NCBI GenBank assembly: GCA_963674705.1
Contig: OY771506.1
Location: 1,120,001 to 1,184,000 of the forward strand
Length of the DNA stretch: 64,000 nt
Source: Phycisphaeraceae bacterium
GTDB lineage: Bacteria; Planctomycetota; Phycisphaerae; Phycisphaerales; Phycisphaeraceae
Reading direction: 5' to 3'
Numbering within the stretch: the stretch's first letter is position 1; the number at the start of each line of letters is the position of its first letter. This document shows positions 19,888 through 28,019 of this stretch, one piece after another. The position numbers and the translations under genes are program-made. A model generated the notes under the pieces. The model ran no database searches. It had not been told where the DNA came from and worked only from the letters and a program-made list of their open reading frames with translations.

Positions 19888-20382
19888 ATGCCAACCTACT
19901 ACTGCCTAAATTGTGGCTACAACCTGACCGGCCTGGCCGAGTTGCGTTGTCCTGAGTGCGGCGCCCGGTTCACCAGGGCCGAGTTGTACAAGGCGCGGGT
20001 GAAGGCCGAGCGCGCATCACGCCGGATATGGGGCCAGGTCCTGGCGTTTCCGCTTTTTATTATTGGTATGGTGCCGGTGTGGTTATTCATCATCGGCAGG
20101 CTTGAAGGGATTCATGATGCCTTGGCCGTCCTGGCCGCCTGGGTATTGGGGCTTTTCACTTTTCCCATCATGCCGATCGCTATGAGTTGGTCGCTTGCCC
20201 GGCGGCATCGCAATTCGTTGATAGCCCTTGAGCAAACCAGCCGAAATCAGCGCCCGGTCAGGCCCCTGTGGGTGTATTGGCTGATTTTTGCGATCATCTT
20301 CGCCGCTTTGATGTTTTTATACCTGCTCCTGATCGGCTTCTACCTCGGCAGCTCTCCTGCAATGTTCCTGTATTATCTATGA
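19888..20382 (+). CDS. Zn-ribbon membrane protein
   Basis: MPTYYCLNCGYNLTGLAELRCPECG followed by 3 TM segments. Confidence 0.78.
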   Translation: MPTYYCLNCGYNLTGLAELRCPECGARFTRAELYKARVKAERASRRIWGQVLAFPLFIIGMVPVWLFIIGRLEGIHDALAVLAAWVLGLFTFPIMPIAMSWSLARRHRNSLIALEQTSRNQRPVRPLWVYWLIFAIIFAALMFLYLLLIGFYLGSSPAMFLYYL

Positions 20383-20449
20383 ATCCGTAAAATATCTTCA
20401 ATTCCCTGTAAGCCCATACCCCGCGGGCGCATCTATTGATATGAATTGA

Positions 20450-21052
20450 ATGATGACACCGAGTTCGATCCCATGGAGCAAGGGGGCCGGTCTGTTAGGC
20501 GAGACGGATCACAGCCTGGCCGAACGGGCCGCCAACGGGGACCCCGAAGCGTTCGCGCACATCGTGCGGACGCACCAGGCCTTCATTGCCCGCCTCGCCC
20601 AGCGGCTGCTCGGTTGGAGCCCGGATGTCGATGACGTCGTGCAGGATGTTTTTGCCAAGGCTTGGCAACACCGCCGACAACTGCGCGAGCCCGAAAAGCT
20701 CCGCGGCTGGCTGACGATGATCACGGTCAATACCGCTCGGAGTCGGCTGCGAAAACTCAAACTCAAACGCGTGCTCATGATGAACATGCACGCACAGCAG
20801 GACGGCAGGCAGGTTGAATCATTTGTCCCAAGCGGCGAAATCGAACGTGAAGAACTCGGCCGACAGGTGCGCGAAGCGATGAGCAAACTCGCCCAACGCG
20901 ATAAGGAAGTACTCGTGCTGCGATACATGCAGCAGATGACCGTCAGCGAGGTCGCCCAGGCACTGGGCCTGTCCCATAGTGCAACCACAGGTCGGCTTCA
21001 CCGCGCACGCAACCGCCTCGCCGAATGTCTCCCACGGGAGTTACAACCATGA
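20450..21052 (+). CDS. ECF sigma-70 factor
   Basis: Region 2 (DDVVQDVF..W..WL..I..N) and region 4 HTH (LVLRY..MTVSEVAQALG..GRLHRAR). Confidence 0.93.
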   Translation: MMTPSSIPWSKGAGLLGETDHSLAERAANGDPEAFAHIVRTHQAFIARLAQRLLGWSPDVDDVVQDVFAKAWQHRRQLREPEKLRGWLTMITVNTARSRLRKLKLKRVLMMNMHAQQDGRQVESFVPSGEIEREELGRQVREAMSKLAQRDKEVLVLRYMQQMTVSEVAQALGLSHSATTGRLHRARNRLAECLPRELQP

Positions 21053-21672
21053 ACGAACAGCAACTCAATGACCTGCTCAATCACGCGGACGCCGGCGCTC
21101 CAAAACCGCAAGCATGCGACACAGATATTACACAACAGGCCATCCGACTCGGCAACCGGCGCATAACCGTGCGGCGCGCAGCGATCGGCGTATTAAGCGT
21201 TGATGCGGTACTCGCGGTCCTGTTCTTTGGTTGGATTATGCTCAGCCAACCCGATCAGACTTCCGTAAATCCACCCTCACAGATCGCATCCACAGCAGAT
21301 ACTTACGCGCAAGACACCGAAGCCGATCAACCATCGCTTGAAGAACTGCGCATGCAGATCGCGCTACAGGAAACAGTCGTCAAATCGCTGTTAGCCAGAC
21401 AATCAGCACAACAAACACCCGAGGCATCCAACCCTGACATCGTCGCCGCTGCACAGGCGCAGGCCGACCTCGCCGCCAAGCGCCTTGTCCTCACTGCCGA
21501 CCGCATGGAACGCGACTTCGGCCCGAACGATCAATCCCAACAACTCTATACAAACGTCTTGGCAAACTTCCCCGACTCCGCCTGGGCCGGTATCGCCCGC
21601 AAGCGGATCAACCCCAACCAAACACCTACTCAACCCAGGAGTGCTATACCATGCGATATGCTTTCCACCTGA
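21049..21672 (+). CDS. Putative single-TM anti-sigma factor
   Basis: ATGA overlap with the sigma stop; short cytoplasmic N-terminus, one TM, C-terminal TPR-like Y..VL..FPDS.WA motif. Confidence 0.7.
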   Translation: MNEQQLNDLLNHADAGAPKPQACDTDITQQAIRLGNRRITVRRAAIGVLSVDAVLAVLFFGWIMLSQPDQTSVNPPSQIASTADTYAQDTEADQPSLEELRMQIALQETVVKSLLARQSAQQTPEASNPDIVAAAQAQADLAAKRLVLTADRMERDFGPNDQSQQLYTNVLANFPDSAWAGIARKRINPNQTPTQPRSAIPCDMLST

Positions 21673-22895
21673 TTATCGCGCTGATTATCTGCGTCCTGCC
21701 CGCGATCGCCTCAGCCGAAATGGTCGAGTCGACCTGCATCGCCCGTGTCAGCACCGACCCGTCGCTCGGGATTCATAACACCGCGCCGGCAATGGCGGGC
21801 GGCATGGGGATGGGCATGATGGGCGGCGAATTTGGTGCTGAAATGGGTATGGGCGGCGGCTACGGCGGCGGATCTACCGGTAGAGCCGCAGCAGTCATGA
21901 ACAACAGCGTGCTCATCGACCTGATCCATAGCTACCCCGTCTCGGGCCGGGCCGCTCGTGAAGTCTTCGGCACAGTCCTGTCGGAACTCAACGGCGAACT
22001 GGATGTCAACATCTACCAGAGCACCGGGTCGGTCGCCATGATCGGGCTGGCAATCAACGTGGATGTCCCCGGTCCTGAAGGCGAGCAATCGGACGCCTCG
22101 GTTTTAGCTGACAAGTTCCTTTCCAAGACGCTCGAAAACCTCAACGCCGTCCTACAGCGGATGGACGAACAGGTCCGCGAAGCCAACATCCAGCCGATCA
22201 CCAAGGCTGAAGAACAACTTCATCAAGCCAAGGCAAAGGTTGAGGCGTTAAGGGATCAAATGCGTCAGTTGCGAGAGCAGGCGGGCACCGCCGCGTTGTC
22301 GCTGGACGAGGTGCTCGGTCAGCAACAGCATCTTGAGAGTGATCTCTTAGACATGCAGATGGAACTTAATGTATCCCAGACGATGCGTGAACGGCTGAGC
22401 CAGCGCATCGCCGAAAAAACATCCGAGGTCGAACACCGCGCTCAAGATGACGAAACGATGAAGGCGCTGCAGGAGTTGCTCGAACTGAAAAAAGCCGCGC
22501 TCGATCGGATGAACAAACTCGTCGAGAGCGGTCAGGCCAGCGCCATGGATCTGGATAACGCCAAGGCGGAGGTCGCCGAACAGATGGTTCGTCTCGCCGA
22601 GCGACGCGAACAACTCGCTCAAAGCCTAAGCGACGGCCTGCTGGAGAACCTGAACAACCGACTGAACGATGTGCTCCAGGATACCGACCGCCTTCAGGCC
22701 AGACTCCAGGCCTATCAAGTCCAACTGGATCAAATGAAGGAAAAAAGTCTTCTCGAACTGGCCGAGCAATACCAAAACGCCGCACAACAGTTGCACGAAG
22801 TCGAACGACAAGCCAGGTACCACACCGAACTGCTGATGAAACTCAAAACCCAGGCCGAATCCATGATCAAACCCCAGGTAATCATCGTCGAGTAA
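21651..22895 (+). CDS. Exported coiled-coil protein with Gly/Met-rich segment
   Basis: Signal peptide, [17 protein letters not shown], long Q/E/L heptad C-terminal half. Confidence 0.75.
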   Translation: MRYAFHLIIALIICVLPAIASAEMVESTCIARVSTDPSLGIHNTAPAMAGGMGMGMMGGEFGAEMGMGGGYGGGSTGRAAAVMNNSVLIDLIHSYPVSGRAAREVFGTVLSELNGELDVNIYQSTGSVAMIGLAINVDVPGPEGEQSDASVLADKFLSKTLENLNAVLQRMDEQVREANIQPITKAEEQLHQAKAKVEALRDQMRQLREQAGTAALSLDEVLGQQQHLESDLLDMQMELNVSQTMRERLSQRIAEKTSEVEHRAQDDETMKALQELLELKKAALDRMNKLVESGQASAMDLDNAKAEVAEQMVRLAERREQLAQSLSDGLLENLNNRLNDVLQDTDRLQARLQAYQVQLDQMKEKSLLELAEQYQNAAQQLHEVERQARYHTELLMKLKTQAESMIKPQVIIVE

Positions 22896-22923
22896 GACAA
22901 CAGAACCCACTATCCCCCCCTCG

Positions 22924-23179
22924 CCCCCTCTCCCCTTGGGAGAGCCGGGGTGAGGGCCGACAACTCTTACGCGCTCAAAACTCAACGAATTCCCCCATAG
23001 CCGCGCCCCGCCGGGTCGCGCGCCTGACTCACCCACACAAACAAATAAAATCAATCCAATCCCCAATCCCCAATCCCCAATCCCCAATCCCCAATCCCCA
23101 ATCCCCAATCCCCAATCCCCAATCCCCAACCCCCAATCCCCGGATACCCGGCCCTTCGCTTCGCTCAGAACCGGCGTTG
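22924..23179. repeat. Composite intergenic repeat module, copy 1, containing (AATCCCC)x12
   Basis: CCCCCTCTCCC..GGGAGAGCCGGGGTGAGGGCCGAC + TAGCCGCG palindrome + ACAAACAAATAAAATCAATCC + heptamers 23058-23141 + GATACCCGGCCCTTCGCTTCGCTCAGAACCGGCGTTG. Confidence 0.88.
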
Positions 23180-23269
23180 GGGGGGGAAGAAAGCCATTAG
23201 CCTTTAGCGATTAGCCATTAGCAATACCATTCTCACACCCCACACCACCATCCGCTATCCTAACCGTGA

Positions 23270-23761
23270 ATGTCCACCCTCCACTGCCCCGAATGCGGTT
23301 ACAACCTCACAGGTCTTCCGGAGAACCGCTGCCCGGAGTGCGGCAAAGACTTCGATCCGGAGCAACTGGAAGAACAACAAAACCGTGAGTTTTCGGGCGG
23401 GGATTCCACACTTCTCGCGGTATTCCTGGCTCCCTGTCTATCAATCTTCGGGGCATTTTTTTCGCTTACACTGCTTGCTATCTTTGATGAGTTGATGTTT
23501 AAGTGCTTTTCGTATTCGTATTACGAAACGATATTCGCCTCACCGCTGGTTTACATCTTCGAGTTTCTGGTATTAAGCGCGGTGACGCCCGTCCTTTTAG
23601 GGATAACCCTCGGCAAACGCTTCCGCCTCCGTCGACTGAAAGACGATTCCGGCCGGGTGCCCATGCCGCTGTGGGGCTTTATCCTGACACACATTCTGAT
23701 TCAATATGTGGCGATGTGGATCTGCTTTTCAGTATGCCTGCTGCCGTTCATCGTGTTCTGA
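23270..23761 (+). CDS. Zn-ribbon membrane protein
   Basis: MSTLHCPECGYNLTGLPENRCPECGK + 3 TMs; paralog of 23835. Confidence 0.8.
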   Translation: MSTLHCPECGYNLTGLPENRCPECGKDFDPEQLEEQQNREFSGGDSTLLAVFLAPCLSIFGAFFSLTLLAIFDELMFKCFSYSYYETIFASPLVYIFEFLVLSAVTPVLLGITLGKRFRLRRLKDDSGRVPMPLWGFILTHILIQYVAMWICFSVCLLPFIVF

Positions 23762-23834
23762 TGGCTTGTTGAGTCTGCGACTTTCTGCAAGGTGAGCATT
23801 CCACCACTGCCCAGCCATCCACTATCCTATATCG

Positions 23835-24314
23835 GTGCCCACCCTCTACTGCCCCGAATGCGGCTACAACCTCACCGCCCTTCCGGAGAACCGCTGCCCG
23901 GAGTGCGGCAAAGCGTTTGAGCTTGAGATATTGGAAAAGGAAACTGTTTGGCAGCTTAAAGATGCTCGGTATCCCTATATAGCACTGTTTTTAGCACCGA
24001 TCGTGTCGGTGGCGAGTTTGTTAATCGTTGGCGTCCTGGTGTTTGTTGTTAATGAAGTGTTGAATGTGTTTCCTGTTAGTGGGCTTGTTCAAGAGGTATT
24101 ACTCGCAAGCACCTTCTATGGCTTATCTGCGGTTGCGCCTTTTGTGATAGGCAAAAATATAGGTCGTCGATTTCGTGTTCGCAGGCTGCATGATGCTTCG
24201 GGGCATGATCCTATGTCCAAACGGGCTTATACCTTGTTGCATACCTGCATTCAGTATGTGCTTATGATCGTATATATTGTCCTGTTTGCCTGGCTGTTAT
24301 CTCTGCCCAATTAA
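23835..24314 (+). CDS. Zn-ribbon membrane protein
   Basis: MPTLYCPECGYNLTALPENRCPECGK + 3 TMs; shares G.RFR.RRL.D.SG..PM and H..IQYV with 23270. Confidence 0.8.
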   Translation: MPTLYCPECGYNLTALPENRCPECGKAFELEILEKETVWQLKDARYPYIALFLAPIVSVASLLIVGVLVFVVNEVLNVFPVSGLVQEVLLASTFYGLSAVAPFVIGKNIGRRFRVRRLHDASGHDPMSKRAYTLLHTCIQYVLMIVYIVLFAWLLSLPN

Positions 24315-24365
24315 GACTTGCGTTATTATTGAGCGTCGACCAGGTATATCCCGGCTATCATTCCG

Positions 24366-24407
24366 CCGACACCCGACACCCGACACCCGACACCCGACAC
24401 CCGACAC
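24366..24407. repeat. Heptamer tandem repeat (CCGACAC)x6
   Basis: Direct reading; ends 13 nt before the sirB/cbiX start. Confidence 0.95.
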
Positions 24408-24420
24408 CCGGTCCTTCAAT

Positions 24421-24885
24421 ATGACCCCAAACGACGCCAGCACTGCGATCATCATCGTCGACCACGGCTCACGCCGGGATGCGTCGAACCGCATGCTCGA
24501 ACACTTTGTCGAACAGTTCGCGGATGGCTCGGATTGTGCGATTGTTGAACCGGCGCATATGGAGTTGGCTGAACCTTCGATCGCCACCGCGTTTGATCGT
24601 TGCGTCAAGCGCGGCGCCAAGCGCATCGTCATCTGCCCGTACTTCCTGCTCCCCGGCAAACACTGGCGCGAAGACATCCCACGCATCACCAAAGAGGCCG
24701 CCGTCAAACACCCGGGCGTCGAATACCTCATCACCGCCCCGATCGGCCTGCACCCCATGATGCACGACGTCATCCGCTCGCGCATCGACCACTGCCTAAG
24801 CCACACCCAAGGCAACGCCGACGAATGCGAATCCTGCAAAGGCACCGGCGTCTGCAAGTTCCAACAATCAAAACAATCTGATTAA
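24421..24885 (+). CDS. sirB: Sirohydrochlorin chelatase (CbiX/SirB) with C-terminal Cys cluster
   Basis: IIVDHGSRR, AHMELAEPSI, PYFLLPGKHW..DIP, then HC..ECESCKGTGVC. Confidence 0.85.
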   Translation: MTPNDASTAIIIVDHGSRRDASNRMLEHFVEQFADGSDCAIVEPAHMELAEPSIATAFDRCVKRGAKRIVICPYFLLPGKHWREDIPRITKEAAVKHPGVEYLITAPIGLHPMMHDVIRSRIDHCLSHTQGNADECESCKGTGVCKFQQSKQSD

Positions 24886-24960
24886 TCAATTCCCCCCGCG
24901 CTTCGACATGCCCCGTCCACATCCCCCGTTTAGCGCGGCAGCTTGCTGCCGCATATCTTT

Positions 24961-24995
24961 ACACCCCACACCCCACACCCCACACCCCACACCCT
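24961..24995. repeat. Heptamer tandem repeat (ACACCCC)x5
   Basis: Direct reading; last unit degenerate. Confidence 0.85.
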
Positions 24996-25407
24996 AAACC
25001 TTATCATCCTCGTCATCATCATCCCGCCCGAACGGGAAGTCGTCATCATCTTCCTCTTCTTCATCCTCCCCGTATCCGCCCGCCTGCCCAGCTTCAGGCT
25101 CATCATCCTCCAGATACGGCGAGACATGTGCATCATCCGGCCCGGTATCCTCAGGTGAAATCCGCTGGGCCGCTGTCGCCCAGGCATCCGCACGTGGCAT
25201 GTCGTTGTCACGCTCTTCGTGCGCCTCTTCGATCTCACGCTGACGCTTGAGTTGATTACGCCACGCCGCCAGCAGCCCGATCATCACCAGCAGCCCGATC
25301 CCTAATAGCGACGCAATCAGTATCAGGCTGATCCACGCCCGGTCATGAGCCGAGATCTGCGATTGTTTCGCTGCGTTCTGTGCCTGTGCCAGGAAGAAAA
25401 AAAGCAT
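24994..25407 (-). CDS. Hypothetical single-TM protein with acidic tail
   Basis: Likely start MLFFFLAQ 8 nt after the queD stop; TM, DAWATAAQRI motif, D/E-rich C-terminus. Confidence 0.65.
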   Translation of the reverse strand: MLFFFLAQAQNAAKQSQISAHDRAWISLILIASLLGIGLLVMIGLLAAWRNQLKRQREIEEAHEERDNDMPRADAWATAAQRISPEDTGPDDAHVSPYLEDDEPEAGQAGGYGEDEEEEDDDDFPFGRDDDDEDDKV

Positions 25408-25415
25408 GCCACAGT

Positions 25416-26243
25416 TTACTGTGCGTCCGTCGATTTGCCACGTCCCGGCCCACGGTACGTGCACACCGTCTTGCTCGTCTCCCACACGCTCAATTCTTCC
25501 AGCCCCCAGCCCGCCTCGTTCATCGGCTCATCCAGCATCCCCCAGATCACCCGCACGATGTTCTCCACCGACGGGTTCAACGCCGCGAACTGGGGCACAT
25601 CGCTGTTCAGATGCTTATGGTCCAGCTTTATAACCGCGTGCTCGTTTACCAGTGCATCCAGCGCCCCCGCCTCCGCCGTCCTGCCCACGCCATCGATCGG
25701 CACACGCACCACTACCTCCAGACGATAGTTGTGCCCGTGCCCCGCCGGGTTGTTGCACTTGCCGAACACCTCACGGTTCTCCGATTCGCTCAGGCTCGGC
25801 ACGTGCAGCCGATGGGCCGCGGAAAATTCGTACATCTGCCGGATCAACACATGCTCCATGTCTTCGCTCCGTATCGCGATCCCATACGTCGGCGTCAGTT
25901 TCAACTCCGCCCGCACCACCGTGTCACGCAACGCCGGCCCGATCGCCCCGAGCAGCCGCCGCATCAACCCGCCCATCGCCACGCCGCCCGGCTCCGCTAT
26001 CGCCTCAGTAAAACAGCCCAGCCCGTGTTCCTGCACCGCCCGGTCGATCTGCTTGATGTTGATGAAGTACCCCGTCACCGGGTCCGCATCGCCCCGGCAC
26101 GTCACGTCCAGCTCGTAATACCGCCCCAACCCACGCATCGCAGGCCACGCCGCAAACGTGTTATCACGCCGTCCATCTTCCGATGCGCCCCCCGTCGGCG
26201 GGTCATTGACGCAAAATCGTACTGTTCGACTAAGTTCAAGCAT
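25416..26243 (-). CDS. queD: 6-pyruvoyl-tetrahydropterin synthase / QueD family, tandem two-domain form
   Basis: C-terminal FSAAHRL..CNNPAGHGHNY..LDHKHLN..PSVEN..VWET; N-terminal T-fold-like repeat (DPVTGYFINIKQID). Confidence 0.8.
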   Translation of the reverse strand: MLELSRTVRFCVNDPPTGGASEDGRRDNTFAAWPAMRGLGRYYELDVTCRGDADPVTGYFINIKQIDRAVQEHGLGCFTEAIAEPGGVAMGGLMRRLLGAIGPALRDTVVRAELKLTPTYGIAIRSEDMEHVLIRQMYEFSAAHRLHVPSLSESENREVFGKCNNPAGHGHNYRLEVVVRVPIDGVGRTAEAGALDALVNEHAVIKLDHKHLNSDVPQFAALNPSVENIVRVIWGMLDEPMNEAGWGLEELSVWETSKTVCTYRGPGRGKSTDAQ

Positions 26244-26384
26244 CGGCCCGGGATTATAGACAACCACCCGCCCTCTCCCAGCCTCAGCCACGAAATCACA
26301 CAATTTGCCCCCCAACCGCTTGCCAGCCCGCCACTTGAATTGGATGCTTCAAACGACGGTATTCGGTTGTTTACGGGAGACACC

Positions 26385-26588
26385 ATGCCAAGCTGGGTCC
26401 GTTACAGCGTATCCGCCTACCTCGGCCTGTTGCTCGCCGGCTCCATCTCCACGCCGGTCAACACCACCCTTGTAGACCAGCGCATGGCCTCCATGTACGA
26501 ACAGCAACAACAAAACAACACCCACGAGACCTACTACCTCATCCCGGGCCCCCCACCCCCGCCCCCCAACGACCTGACCGAATCCTGA
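26385..26588 (+). CDS. Small exported hypothetical protein (67 aa)
   Basis: SD GGGAGA before ATG 26385; MPSWVRYSVSAYLGLLLAGS signal-like segment, Q- and P-rich tail; only the tail of a shadow ORF in the track. Confidence 0.6.
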   Translation: MPSWVRYSVSAYLGLLLAGSISTPVNTTLVDQRMASMYEQQQQNNTHETYYLIPGPPPPPPNDLTES

Positions 26589-26610
26589 TCCGACCGATCT
26601 CAATCCCCTA

Positions 26611-26753
26611 GGCGAGGTTGCTTCAGCAACCGGCCCCTCCCCCCATACCAACAACCATCCCCCCGCGGCGAGGTTGCTTCAGCAACCGGGGCTGCCCCCC
26701 ACCATGAATCCCCCTCCACTACCCCCCTCGGCGGAGGTTGCTTCAGCAACCGG
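26611..26753. repeat. Three tandem REP-like palindromes GGCGAGGTTGCTTCAGCAACCGG
   Basis: Copies at 26611, 26667, 26730; core GGTTGCT-TC-AGCAACC; C-rich spacers. Confidence 0.85.
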
Positions 26754-26822
26754 GGCCCACTCCCTCCCACCAACTCACCCCCCAAGCTAGAAACCCACCC
26801 AACCTTCCGCTACGCTTGGGCC

Positions 26823-27905
26823 GTGAATCCTGATAACCCAAACAATCCGCCCAACCCGAAAAAGCCTTTTCGCATCCATCCGCTCGTTGGGATCGTCATC
26901 GCATTTTATGTAGTTGCGTTTCTCATCTTTCTGTTCTTTTTTCCAGCCCAGTCTCCCGGCCCCAGACCAACCATCCCCCCCCTCGGCCCACCGCCGCCGC
27001 CCGCTGAAGTTCAGGCGCTCAACGACGCCCTCGCCGACCTCGGCGATCAGTTCGGCCTCGCGATGGAAAACAACCGCGACGTCGGCCCGCTGATCGAACG
27101 TCTCGACCAGCTCATCGCCGACTACCCCGATTCCGCACCCGCCTACACCCTCAAGGGCCAGATGCTCATGTTCGCCGGCAGGCTTACCGAGACCGTCGAC
27201 GCCTTCGAGCATGCCCTGCAGATCGATCCCGACCAGGCAAACATCCATCAACTCGTCGGCTCCGCGCAGATGAATCTCGGCCACCTCGAAGCCGCCGTTG
27301 ACCACTACAAAAAAGCCCTCGAACTCGAGCCCGACCAGACCAACCACGCCATCTTCCTCGCCAACGCGCAGTTCAAACTCGAGCAATACGATGACGCCAT
27401 CCAAACACTCGAGCAGGCTATCCGCCACGACTCGCAACTGCACAGCGCCTACGCCCTGCTCTCCGACATCTACGCCAAGCAAGGCAAGACAAAACTCGCG
27501 CTCGACCAGATCGACCGCGCCATCGAAGCCATGCCCGCCGACAAGAGGCGCTTGAACATCGCCTACATGCTCAAGCGCGCCTCGCTATTACGCCAGGACA
27601 ATCAGCCCGCCGAATCACTCGCTCTGCTCAACCGCCTGCCCGCCGAGGCGCAGTTGAGCCCGGCTGTTTTGCGGGCCGTCGCCGAAACCTGGGACATGCT
27701 CGGCAAACCCGCGATGGCCGCCGACCGATACCAGCGCGTCCTCGACGCCGACCCCACCAACGACCACGCCGCCGCCGAAGCCGCCAAGTGGAACCTCAAA
27801 GCAGGCAACAAAGAAGCCGCCCGACAAGATGTGAAAACCTTGCAGCGCATCAACCCAAGACACCCATCCCTGCCCGTTTTGCTGCAGGCACTACAGGACA
27901 ATTAA
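26823..27905 (+). CDS. Tetratricopeptide repeat protein with N-terminal TM
   Basis: Multiple TPR units (AFEHALQIDPD, HYKKALELEPD, YQRVLDADPTN). Confidence 0.88.
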   Translation: MNPDNPNNPPNPKKPFRIHPLVGIVIAFYVVAFLIFLFFFPAQSPGPRPTIPPLGPPPPPAEVQALNDALADLGDQFGLAMENNRDVGPLIERLDQLIADYPDSAPAYTLKGQMLMFAGRLTETVDAFEHALQIDPDQANIHQLVGSAQMNLGHLEAAVDHYKKALELEPDQTNHAIFLANAQFKLEQYDDAIQTLEQAIRHDSQLHSAYALLSDIYAKQGKTKLALDQIDRAIEAMPADKRRLNIAYMLKRASLLRQDNQPAESLALLNRLPAEAQLSPAVLRAVAETWDMLGKPAMAADRYQRVLDADPTNDHAAAEAAKWNLKAGNKEAARQDVKTLQRINPRHPSLPVLLQALQDN

Positions 27906-28019
27906 TCCGTTCAAGTCTTTTTATGTGCAGTTTATTCTGAGCTTACACATAGACCGTGTTTGCCTTGGAGGGATATACTGTCGCTGATCACTTCGGCACA
28001 ACTATAAGAAAGTACTTGA

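Noticed and set aside
22626..23129. ORFs beginning with repeated peptides (GIGDWGL here; also GGWWMVD at 8521, HPTPDTR at 24277, HPTPYTL at 29966)
   Set aside because: Translations of heptamer DNA tracts, not protein repeats
25380..26384. N-terminal part of the 402-aa plus-strand ORF
   Set aside because: Antisense to queD; only the SD-preceded last 67 codons look like a gene
26611..26753. Possible mini-CRISPR (3 palindromic 23-nt repeats)
   Set aside because: Unequal periods (56 and about 63 nt), low-complexity C-rich spacers resembling each other, no leader and no cas genes; better explained as REP-like hairpins
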